In this document: positions 38,255 to 48,559 of the stretch, in pieces
Numbering within the stretch: position 1 is the first letter of the stretch
Layout of the letters: the number at the start of each line of letters is the position of its first letter
Source: Octopus bimaculoides
Lineage: Eukaryota
DNA length: 64,000 bases
Direction of reading: 5' to 3'
Assembly (NCBI RefSeq): GCF_001194135.2
Contig: NC_068999.1
Location: forward strand, 31,973,597 to 32,037,596
Position numbers and translations under genes: made by a program
The notes under the pieces: model-generated
What the model saw: the letters and a program-made list of their open reading frames with translations, nothing else
Told to the model about the DNA's origin: nothing
Database searches by the model: none

Positions 38255-39245
38255 GCCAATTGCAACTGGTGGGGGTGGGGGGGTGGAAGTGGTAGGGGTG
38301 CTGAACAGAACTCTAAAAACTGTACTGTTTATAAAATTTGATTGCGTCTTTCAAGAAAGTTCACAACACGAAATAATAAAATCATGTTACATTTATTCAA
38401 CATAGCTCCAGTCTATGGCAACATAGTGCAAAGAAATTAAGAAAATCGTCCTTATCTATACTTTATTTGTATTTACTAATGGAAGCAAGAATCACGAGGT
38501 TTGATTTTCTTTGGTGCTTCATATTTTGTCAAAAGGGTGTCATAATTCAAGTTAGCGTAGAAAATGATGACTCGCATGTGGCTACGCTAGATCCAAATGT
38601 TAATGCTGCACCATACAATAGATAAACATTTGGAAAGGCATCCTGCACAATACGTAAAGATCCAAAAATATCCAGCAGTGTCATTATATTTTGCTTGGAA
38701 ATGTATGCTTTAGCCATAGTAAGTTCAGACAGCAAAGCTGATTTATCACAATTAACCTACTTAATGAAACGTCAACTTTCCAGATTCCATTCATTACCCA
38801 CTAACCAAATCTACAACAGCAACAAGAATCGCCACAACAACAACAACAATTACAGCTACAACAACCACTTTACTGACCAGTTCTACAGTACATCCATGCA
38901 CACATGCACACACACATGTGTGTTTGTAATTACCCACATGTTTTCACATACCACTAAATCAAAGGAAATGAAATTTATTGCCTCTTTAGCGACTTGAAGA
39001 TGTTGAACAGAACTTGTTGTCACTAAAGTGTCTAAAATTTGATAAAATTGTCCACTAAAGGGATGTGAAGAATTTTTTTTTTTTCTATTGTTAAAAATAT
39101 TGTTTTCAATTGTCTACAAACAAAACCAGGCTGAGATAATGCATTCTTCCAAGAGTGAATAAAATAAATTCTCAAATTGGAGGGGTTGAAATTCTAACTG
39201 GGGATGAGGTGGGGGGCTAAGCACCCGATACCTCCCCTGCTGCAA
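38255..39245 (-). mobile_element. Internally deleted hAT element with C-terminal transposase and one intron
   Basis: FYQILDTL..ISFDLV|gtatgt..aagtag|VNCDKSALLSEL..DAFPNVYLLYGAALTFGSSVATCESSFSTLT*IMTPF*QNM, an hAT dimerisation motif. GGGTGCT subterminal motifs at both ends. Confidence 0.8.
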
Positions 39246-39249
39246 TGTA

Positions 39250-40310
39250 TCATCAGCATATATCAGCAGAAGACCACACATGGATATGTTAGCAGAAAGT
39301 TCCAGGAAGATAGTAGCATTGATAATCAAAGCAGTCTATCATGAGCCAACAACCAGATTATTAACTCTCACTTTGAAGGGTATGCGTTTGCAATCCAGGA
39401 ATAGGAAATATCAACCAAATACCTGATGCACAAAAGGGCAGAGACACAGGCAAAATACCAAAATATGATAACCGATACAAACTTTATTGGGGTAACACTG
39501 AAAATATCACCCACATAATAAGTAGTTGTCCACAAATGTCATCACAGTATTAGCTGCCAATGAGGCATACTGATGTGGCTAAGACATTGTATAATGAAAT
39601 CTGTTGGAAGGATAACCCTGAGGCCAAAGAAAAAAGAACCCACAGTATGGTAGAGACCACAAACACTCACAATAAGAATGAGTACTGATGAACAGTCCCA
39701 GTGAAAATCTTAATAAAATGTATACATAATAGACTTGACACGGTGATTTGGGACAGAGAATAGACACTGTACAGTAATGGAAATCAGCTGCCCAGCAGAT
39801 GTTAACATAAAGCTGAAGATCAATGAGAAGGAAAATACCTATGCTGAACTGTTGAGAAATCTACAATTACTCAACTCAGATTACAAGTTCACATTTATAC
39901 CTGTAATTACTAGGGCACTGGAATATGCAACACACTGCCTATGTACCAATCTTGAGAAATTAAGCTTCTCAAAACAAGGAAGGAGAAAGCTGATTCAAAA
40001 ACTACAGATCCAAGCTATCACTGGAACTGTAAAAATCTGTAAAACTTTTCAGAAGTTTATCATTCAACTATATATGAACATGTCTAGACATGCAACTATA
40101 TACATGAGAATACATACAGAAAATTAAACATACAAATCTGCACATGCACTGACCCCAAATACTGCATATATACACACATATATGCAAAAATACCTTGTTG
40201 ATGTTGTTGAACTTTCAATGAATGAGCTTTGGATCTGGGTTAGAAAGCAGCTCTTTCTCAACTGGCAAGAAATCTTGAAATAAAACTGAATAATGACATA
40301 CATACATACA
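39250..40310 (+). mobile_element. Dong/R4-like RLE retrotransposon, 3' portion
   Basis: SHFEGYAFAIQE..ENITHIISSCPQM..RH..VAK, then RPDTVIWD..EISCPADVN..KE..YAEL..FIPVI..GTVKICK: CCHC knuckle plus PD-(D/E)xK endonuclease. The 3' UTR ends in (CATA)n. Confidence 0.85.
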
Positions 40311-40396
40311 GACAGACAGACAGACAGACAGGCAGGCAGGCAGGCAGGCAGGCAGNNNNNNNNNNACATACATACATACAGACAGACAGACAGACA

Positions 40397-40469
<73 letters not shown>

Positions 40470-40470
<1 letters not shown>

Positions 40471-41545
40471 CATCAATAGGATCTATGTGAGATGAAGTGA
40501 TTGCAGCAGAGGAATATGATCAATCCAAACGACTTTTGAATGTCGCATTGTATCACTCAGACAAAAGAAAGAAATGAGTATATTCCATGCATACTCAAAA
40601 ATGAGAGCAACAACATCCTCAGAGTTGGAGAAGATCTACTAAGCAGGTACTCTGAGAATATTTCTGTCTCATGCGACCCAAGGGAGGCTGGGCTGACCTG
40701 CCTAAACAGAAGCAGACATCATACCAGCAAGCTTGAGGGTAACAACAGCATTAATAGAAAGAGTAGCCTCTCCTGGACCTGTGAAAAGTACATTACATCC
40801 CACCTGCAAGGATATGTCTTCACTATCCAAGAACAGGAGATAGCTACTAAAAACCTAATAAACAAGAGGAACAATGATACCACCAAACCTCCATGTTGTG
40901 ATAGAAAATGTTGGCTCTGCTATACATGCTTGGAAAATATCACCCACATCAGCAGCAGCTGCCCCAAAATGTCTATACAATACTACCTGCCTCTGAGGCA
41001 TGATACAGTTGCAAAGGCTATTTACAATGCTATCATCAGGAAGAATTGCCCTGATGTAGACATCAAAGGTACATCAAAACCAGCAAGTATTCACATCTTT
41101 AAAAATAAGGAATACTGGTGGAACACTCCAATAAAAACATCAATTTAGTGTAAACATAACAGATCTGATATTGTTCTGTGACACAAGGAACAAAAGTCAT
41201 GCACTGTTATAGAGGTCAGCTGCCCTGCAGATATAAATGTACAATCAAGAGTTCAGAAAAAAGAGAATTAATGCAGAACTTACAGTTGTTGTACCCTGAC
41301 TATGAATTCTCATTTGTACCTATCATCATACTGCATTAGATTATGTACCAACAAATTTACACAAAAACCTAGAAATACTAAATTCTTTGAAGAAAGAACA
41401 AAAGAAATTGATGCAGATTCTCCAAATCACATCAAGTCAAGAACATACTTGCAAACACTGGGAACTCTCTCAACTCCAAAAGTCTTGTCCCTTTGTTAGC
41501 AACCAGCTTGAACTCTCTCAAATAAAACTCCAAGAAAAATACATA
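40470..41545 (+). mobile_element. Second Dong/R4-like RLE copy in tandem
   Basis: ORF 40540-41148 (SHLQGYVFTIQEQEI..CWLC..ENITHISSSCPKM..LRHDTVAK..EYWWN), then IEVSCPADIN. Ends at (ATAC)n. Confidence 0.85.
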
Positions 41546-42354
41546 CATACAAACATACATGCATGCATACATATATACATACATACATACATACATACAT
41601 ACTATTTGTATTACATGATCGAACGCACGTGTCATCCTTGCAAGTAAGTTTTTAGCTTTATATTTCTGACGCAACTCTATCTATCTTTGTATCTTTCTCT
41701 CCCTCTCGTTCTTCCTTCTGTTGTTCTTCACCTCTCCACTTCACTACTATATCTCTCTCTTCCTCCCTGTCCCTCATTGCTCACCTGTATTCTACTCCTC
41801 CTCCTTTTTCTTCCTCTACCACTCTCTCTCCTTACCCCTCGCTGGTCACATATGTCCGGCTACTACTTCCTTTCATATCTTGGCCATTGCCAAGCTCGCA
41901 TGAACATTCCTCATCTCTCTTCCTTCCAGTTCGTTGCTTCACAGTGTTCAGTATACACATATTTTTTCACGTTTGGTCGTACAGCCTTTCTTGTTTATTT
42001 TCACTGTTTCGTTTTCCTGTCTTGTTTTCTGTCCGCCACTACATTCCTCCATGGTACAAATTTAATTTTTGGCCCATGAGAAGAGCCATTTTAACAATGC
42101 GTCCTGCCCTAACTCTTCGAAATGCTTAGTTTTAGAATGGTGGCAGCTGATGAAGGAAATGTTCTCTATGTGGCCTGTGTGTTTTCTGTACTCTGTTTAT
42201 CATTTTGTCCATGATTTTTGCAACCTCCTGTACCCAGATAGGCATCTATATATACATGTAGATGTAGGTATGTACATACATGTACGTATATATGCATATA
42301 TTCACATATTATTTGTATTACATACATACATACATAAATAAATACATAAATACT

Positions 42355-42480
42355 TACAAGCAAAAACACCCTGTTGTTGATGTTGAAATTCCAATGAAGG
42401 AACCTTGGATCTAGGTTAGAAACTGTTCTTTCTCTATTGGCAAGAAATCTTGAAATAAACTGAATAATGACATACATATA
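42355..42480 (+). mobile_element. Short 3'-end copy of the Dong/R4-like family
   Basis: Matches 40190-40310 (..GGATCT(G/A)GGTTAGAAA..GGCAAGAAATCTTGAAATAAA(A)CTGAATAATGACATACAT); flanked by (ATAC)n on both sides. Confidence 0.75.
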
Positions 42481-42627
42481 TACATTCATACATTCATAAT
42501 TCATACATACATCAAGAATTTATGTTGTATACTATTTGATATATCTGTATTAGTCTGTGTTATTCATATATATCTGCCACAAGTTACAGTGTGTTATTTC
42601 TCTCAGAATTTTTTTAGTAATGTGTGT

Positions 42628-42670
<43 letters not shown>

Positions 42671-43099
42671 AACATACATGATGCTCTTAAAGAACGGAAT
42701 CAGAAATTATCTTGCATGCCAAAAACTGAATTTTTTTCGGGTGTGTGTGCTTTACGCATTGTATATTATGAATTTGCAGAAAAACGTAAAGCGGCAGGGA
42801 GGATTTTGTCTAAAATTTTCAGTTTTTACTTTTCCAAAAATTCTTTCAGATATATGTTTCAAAAAGTTGCACATACTTTTGATGAATAAGTGTTTCATGT
42901 TTAAAACTGAATCTGAAATAATTTTCACAAGAAAGTTAAAACTGAAAAGGAAGGGAAATAAGTGGGGAAACTCATATTTCTTTTCTCTTAAGAAATTACG
43001 GATTTTGTGGCTCCAAATAACATCCATTCATCCATCCATCCACCCATCCATCCATCCATCCATCCATGTCAGATTACTTGAATCCATATATTGTGACTT

Positions 43100-43593
43100 A
43101 AAATTATTTTGTTCAGTATGTATGTATGTATGTATGTATGCATTTATGTATGCATTTATGTATGTGTGAAAGCACATGGCTTAGTGGTTTGGGTATTATA
43201 CTCACTGTGGTTTTAATCCGTGAACTAGACGATGTGTTGTGATCCTGAGCAAAACACTTCATTTCTGTTGTCAAAAACGAGTGATCCTGCAGTGGTCCGG
43301 CGTCCCATCCAAGATGGGAATGTATGCACCACAGAATCTGAGAAACTGGCCCAATGAGTGTATGGCTCAGGAAGAATTTTTGATCCTTCTTTTGTTTGTG
43401 TCCATGTATGTATAGATGTATGTATATATGTATGTATGTGTATGTATGTGTGTGTGCATGTATGTGTGTATTATTTATGCATATGTGCGTATGTGTGTAT
43501 GTATTTATGTATGTATGTATGTATGTATGAATGTATGTATGCATGCATGTATGTATGTAAGGATGCATATATATATGCCTGTATGTGTATTCA

Positions 43594-43647
<54 letters not shown>

Positions 43648-43800
43648 AGTATGTATACATATATATATATATACATACATATATATTTGTATGTACCTAT
43701 GTACATGTGTACGTATGTACATATGTATGTGTTTGTATTTATGTATGTTTGTATGTATGCATTTATGTATGTATGTATGTATGTATGTATGTATGTATGA
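43100..43800. repeat. (TATG)n/(TA)n compound microsatellite with an embedded SINE C (43152-43385)
   Basis: Direct reading; SINE head CATGGCTTAGTGGTT..TTGTGATCCTGAGCAAAACACTTCATTTC. Confidence 0.85.
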
Positions 43801-43999
43801 TTGCCAAAATACCCAATAGCGTAATTTTGTTAAAAATCATTATTTAGCAAATAATTCTACTCTTTGATATTCATTATTCAATGAAAAGGTATATTTAATA
43901 ATTACAATAATTAAAAATAGAAAATAACAAATGAATTTCCGACAGAAAAACAGAAAAAGTATTCAAAAACAAATAGTAATTTCTGATAGGAAAAAGAAA

Positions 44000-44090
44000 G
44001 GCCGTCTGCTGTTATGGAGTGCGCAGGCTCAATATAAGTTACCGCTGATTACTTCCGGTGTTGCTGCTGTTCTCGTCCATGTGGTGAGTG
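44000..44090 (+). promoter_or_regulatory. Probable Pol II promoter and short first exon
   Basis: TGCGCA (NRF1-like half site) at ~44020, ETS/GABP-type ACTTCCGGT at ~44050, then ..CCATGTG|GTGAGT consensus donor at 44084. Local CpG retention. Confidence 0.65.
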
Positions 44091-45284
44091 TTGTGGTTTA
44101 TAGTTGTTAGTTACTTAAGTGCGAGCACATTATTCAAATATGTATATATATATATTTGTAAATGTATATAAAGAATGTGAATATGTATGTATCGTTACTG
44201 TCAGATGTCCTATTTAATTGACGTGTGACAATTCAAGTTCGTCGTTTTTTTTTCTGTTATATATTATCAATGAATTAACCAATTCACCTTGGTAAATATC
44301 CTTGAAATAAATATACTTAGTTCATGTCACACATGGACATACACACATCTATCTATCTATCTATCTATCTATATGTGCACATACACAAGAAGCCGCTTAT
44401 ATTCATGGATAATGTTAGAAGATCGTTATCGTTTCAAAATTAGTGAGTCCCAAACACAGTGTTTTAAATATCCTGTACTTAATGAATGCCATTTGCTTGT
44501 TATTGTAGAAAAGGCTCCGCCGCAATGAGCGACTTCTATTGCGTGTTCGTATATATATTTATATATGTGTATGTAGCTAGGGGTGAGACGACACACACTC
44601 TAGCCACGCCGTTATATACATGTGTGTATATCTATCTATCTGTAAGTGAAAATTATTAAATACACAACTATGAAGTACAGATAGCTAACACAATAAAAAC
44701 AGACTTTATACTAATATTTTGTAAAACCTGCAGTCTTTACATTTATTTATGTAGTTTATCTAAGCCGGTCCAGTGGCCTGGCCTCGTACAGCCACTTCTG
44801 TGTGTATATGCGTGTATTTAATCAGTGAAATTGTGTGTGCGTTAATTAAAACGTCTTCTGACGAACTGTTTGCCATCTCACTGTAATTCTTACTTTCACT
44901 TCTCTAACATCTCTTCAATCAAATGAGAATAGTGGGAATATCACATACTCATATTTTTCAGACAATCTCTACATAGTCGCTCGCTAAAAATACCAGCTAA
45001 ATATCCATCATCTCACGTTACCGCCTTAAAATGGAAGGACATTAGGTTCGGAGAAAAAGTACAGGATGATTTCTGTTGGGAAATTTTTGATCATTAAAAA
45101 TAACAGTCAAATCTTCCATAAATCGCACCGACTACTCTTTATAAAAAAGGTAAATACTTCTGGTCTCTAATATAAAAGACGAGATGGTCACTAAAATAAG
45201 TAATCAGTGCTGATATGGGTTCGTCGACTATATTAAGTTTTGTTTATCATTAAGACTAGTGGAATTGGTTGAGTGACAGGTAGT

Positions 45285-46330
45285 TATCCATACATCATTC
45301 TCTAATGCATCTCCTCATCCACAGAGTCACCTTGAGGCGCAACCTCTGCTGTCTCCACAGCCAATGTGAAGGCCTTCCACCTTCTGGCCCCTATGCTGCC
45401 CAGCATGTAAACTCTGCAGAGGAACTGGCCTGCAAAGTTTCTTATCCCACCTCACTATGATCACACTTTGCTTGCCACCCATTGCTTTGACATGGCACCA
45501 CTAGGTCAGCATATTTCCTTCTCTTTCTCTCATTTGCATCTTCGATGTGGTCCTCCCTGGGAATGGAGTGTTCTAACAAAACCATCTGCTTGAATGCTCC
45601 CGAGAGCAGCACCATATCTGGTTTAGCGACAGTTTCTGAGAATTTCAGATGCTTCCCCAGGTTAACTTTCAGCCCTCAGTGTTATGCTTTTGATTGTAGG
45701 CCCAGCAAGATGGACCTGGTTGATGAGATCTTCACACCAGCCTTGACAAAGGTGACAATCTTCATTGCGCAAAGATGCTTGCAGTTGTTAATCCCACTTC
45801 AGACTGTGTCTGCTATGACCTTGAAGACCTGGTCATGCTTCCAGTGATCGCATCCTTCTCTTAGAGCTTTTGGACAGCTACTGAAGATGTACTCCAGGGT
45901 TCCTCTCCTCAGGCACAGGAGAAAAGCTGGTGACTCCTACTTTTTCCACTAGTACTAGTTGGAAGGGTTTGGCAGGACATCATGAACTACCTTAATTAGG
46001 AATCTGGTGGGGCTCTATTTTCCAAAGGTCAGATCATGAGATTTTGTGTGCCACTTCTTGGTCCCATCTTAGCTAGGTTCCATGATGCCTCATCCCATTA
46101 CACTTGTTGGCTTGTGCCTCGACAGATGCTTGCACCTCATTCTGGCTCAGTAGCCTCCTTTCCTTTCACCTTGTCAAAGTATAATGCTTACAAGTTCTCT
46201 GTGTTCTAGCCATGACTTTGCAGCCTTAACAGCCTCCACTGCTCTCCACTTCCATCCTCTTCTGACCTTAATAATAGCCTGAGAAACTTTAGAATTGCTA
46301 GAAACTTTAGAATTTACCTCTCCTCTATTG
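45285..46330 (-). mobile_element. HERO-like RLE non-LTR retrotransposon, 3' portion
   Basis: Minus translation LEYIFSSCPKALREGC.HW.HDQVFKVIAD..LKPDMVLLS..VLLEHSIPREDHIEDANERKRRKYADLV..EVG..FAGQ..LWMRR. Confidence 0.8.
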
Positions 46331-46489
46331 GTCACTACAAATCTTCTCTTAGGCTGTGGAGAGGGAGCTTCAACTTGTTCTTTCCTTACACCTCATGTCA
46401 AACATATCCTGCTTCCATGAACCCACCTCTAACACATTTTACAATGAGAAACAACAACCTAGCCTTGTTCTATATCCTTAACTCTTTAG

Positions 46490-46702
46490 TATTCAGATTA
46501 CTCGGTTAAATATAATGCGTATTTATTCATATTGTTTGAAATTAATAATGCACCATCTTATGACTTCAAGGTTTTGATGATATGATTGTTTATTTTTAGA
46601 ATGGCATTGTAGAGTAGGTGTGAGACACCTAGCAATTTTGAGCATAGAACAAGTAGAATATTTTGGCCAGATACAGCCGCTTTAAATACTAAAGGGTTAA
46701 GA
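46490..46702 (-). mobile_element. piggyBac-type MITE (TTAA-CCCTTTAG end)
   Basis: Ends ..TTTAAATACTAAAGGGTTAA; same family as 59589-59795. Confidence 0.7.
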
Positions 46703-47649
46703 CAGTATTGCACTACACTTTTCCTATGCATCAACAAAATTCACAACTGAAACTCTCTACATTACAGAAGGAATATAAATGGAAGTTATGCATGATGCCT
46801 TTTATTTTGTTTTGTTGGTGGCCCATTTAGAAGTTGAGACATTACTTGAAGCTCAGCTTGCAGGACCATTTTCTATTGTAGCCTTACCATTAGAAAGCTG
46901 CCATTTTCTTCAGTATAGGTTATAGTGTATTTGCTGACAGTCCAGTGGACTGGACCATTAGACATGAAAATATATATTAGCAACAGAGACAATTTTAATA
47001 TCAAGAGGGACATCTGCATTTAATAGGACATCCACATTTAAGTGGGATAAATATTACCTCTTGGTATTAATACTGCCTCTGTTGCTAATATATATTTTGT
47101 ACGTCCTAACTGAGGAAAACAAGCTAACTGACTAATTGCAACACCAGCACCTGTTCTGGCACTGTCAATCTATATATCTCTGGGGATAAATATTAGACAT
47201 GAAATGTCTGTTTCAATGACAGAACACCCAGTTGGTTGTGGAACATGAACTGTTGGCTGTTCCACTGAGACATTGCCAACTGATTGTCTTAAATAGATTC
47301 AGGTTTCCTCTCTTAAGAACAGAAATATTGGAGTTTTGTGATAGCACTGTTTAATAAATTTATCTTACTTGATAGTTGTGACCTAATGTCATCAACAGAA
47401 GTTGTTATATTTGTACTACCTTCATAAATAAAGTTTATTGTTTCATCTAGAAGTCTATATTTAGTTACAGTCAATCTGGGAATACATGCATGTACACAAA
47501 TCCCACCAGTATTAACTTTTTTTAAATTTATCTTTCTTGGGTCAATAAAACAATTAACATTCAATTACTAGTCAATTTAATCAATTATACCCCAACTGTC
47601 AAATTTTTTGTCCACTTGCTTATGTTAAAAATAATTAATTGTGGTTTTT

Positions 47650-48500
47650 ATTTGTTTAATTTATTCTCAAAAATTTTTCATCTTGCATTTCCTTGATCTT
47701 CTCAATAATTTCATTAAAGAATTTGAAAATCATTTCATGAGTTTCTGCATCAAATGAATCATATGGAGTTTCTGATATTGCTTTCTAGGTTGTGTGAGAA
47801 TTTAGTGATGAGATGTTCAAAATGATATTTCCAATATTGAAGTAGCTCAGCTGTGTTTGTACATGGTTTGCCATCTTTATATTTCATTTTCACCAAATGG
47901 TTTTCTCCTTTTTACCTCCATTTCACAAACTGACTTAAAAAGACTGACTGTTATTATTTTTGGAGTTAGCTTCACTAGTCTTGTTTTGTCTTACAGGGTT
48001 TTTTGTTTTTGCTCTTTAGCTGCTTCATTCAGTTTATTGTTTCTTTGGAAGACAAACTTTATGCCATCTGGCCCAAGCTGCAGCAGAAGTGTGAAAGCAC
48101 TTCCCAACTGTATTTCAAACATTTGAGCCAAGTCTTTATCAGATTTTATATTTATGCCATATTGTTTTTTGATATCTTTCATATTTTCTTATGCTTTTTG
48201 TTTTTTTTGTGTGTGTGACTCCAAAAGTTGCCTAGACTTCAAAATGTTTAGGACTTAACTCAAACTAAATGGTATTGTGCTCTACTGTTATGTTTTTTTT
48301 TATGCATATTATTCTGTCTATTTCTTTACCATGTAAATATAGTTTCAATAGTTTCATTTTCCTCGTTGTTGCCTTGAGATAACCTTAGTTCACATATATC
48401 CTTAACCACCACATATTCATTTATTCAAGTTTATCACACAGTCACTTATTTCTCTAATTTTGTCATAGATTGGCTGATCAAAAACTCTCAGATTTTTCAT
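47650..48500 (-). mobile_element. Old LINE fragment, endonuclease-RT linker
   Basis: KYKDGKPCTNTAELLQYWKYHFEHL resembles the conserved LINE linker KDKxG..xxEILxxWKxxFxxL. Heavily decayed. Confidence 0.45.
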
Positions 48501-48559
48501 TTCTGTTTCACTATTATCGACATTTGCTGTTTCGTTAAATTATGCTACACAAATCCCAA

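Noticed and set aside
42070-42160. Hammerhead-like GAAGAG/CTCTTC stem followed by GAAA, and a nearby CTGATGA
   Set aside because: The upstream core reads CCCATGA (essential G5 lost), and the CTGATGA has no matching stem or GAAA; at best a dead relic.
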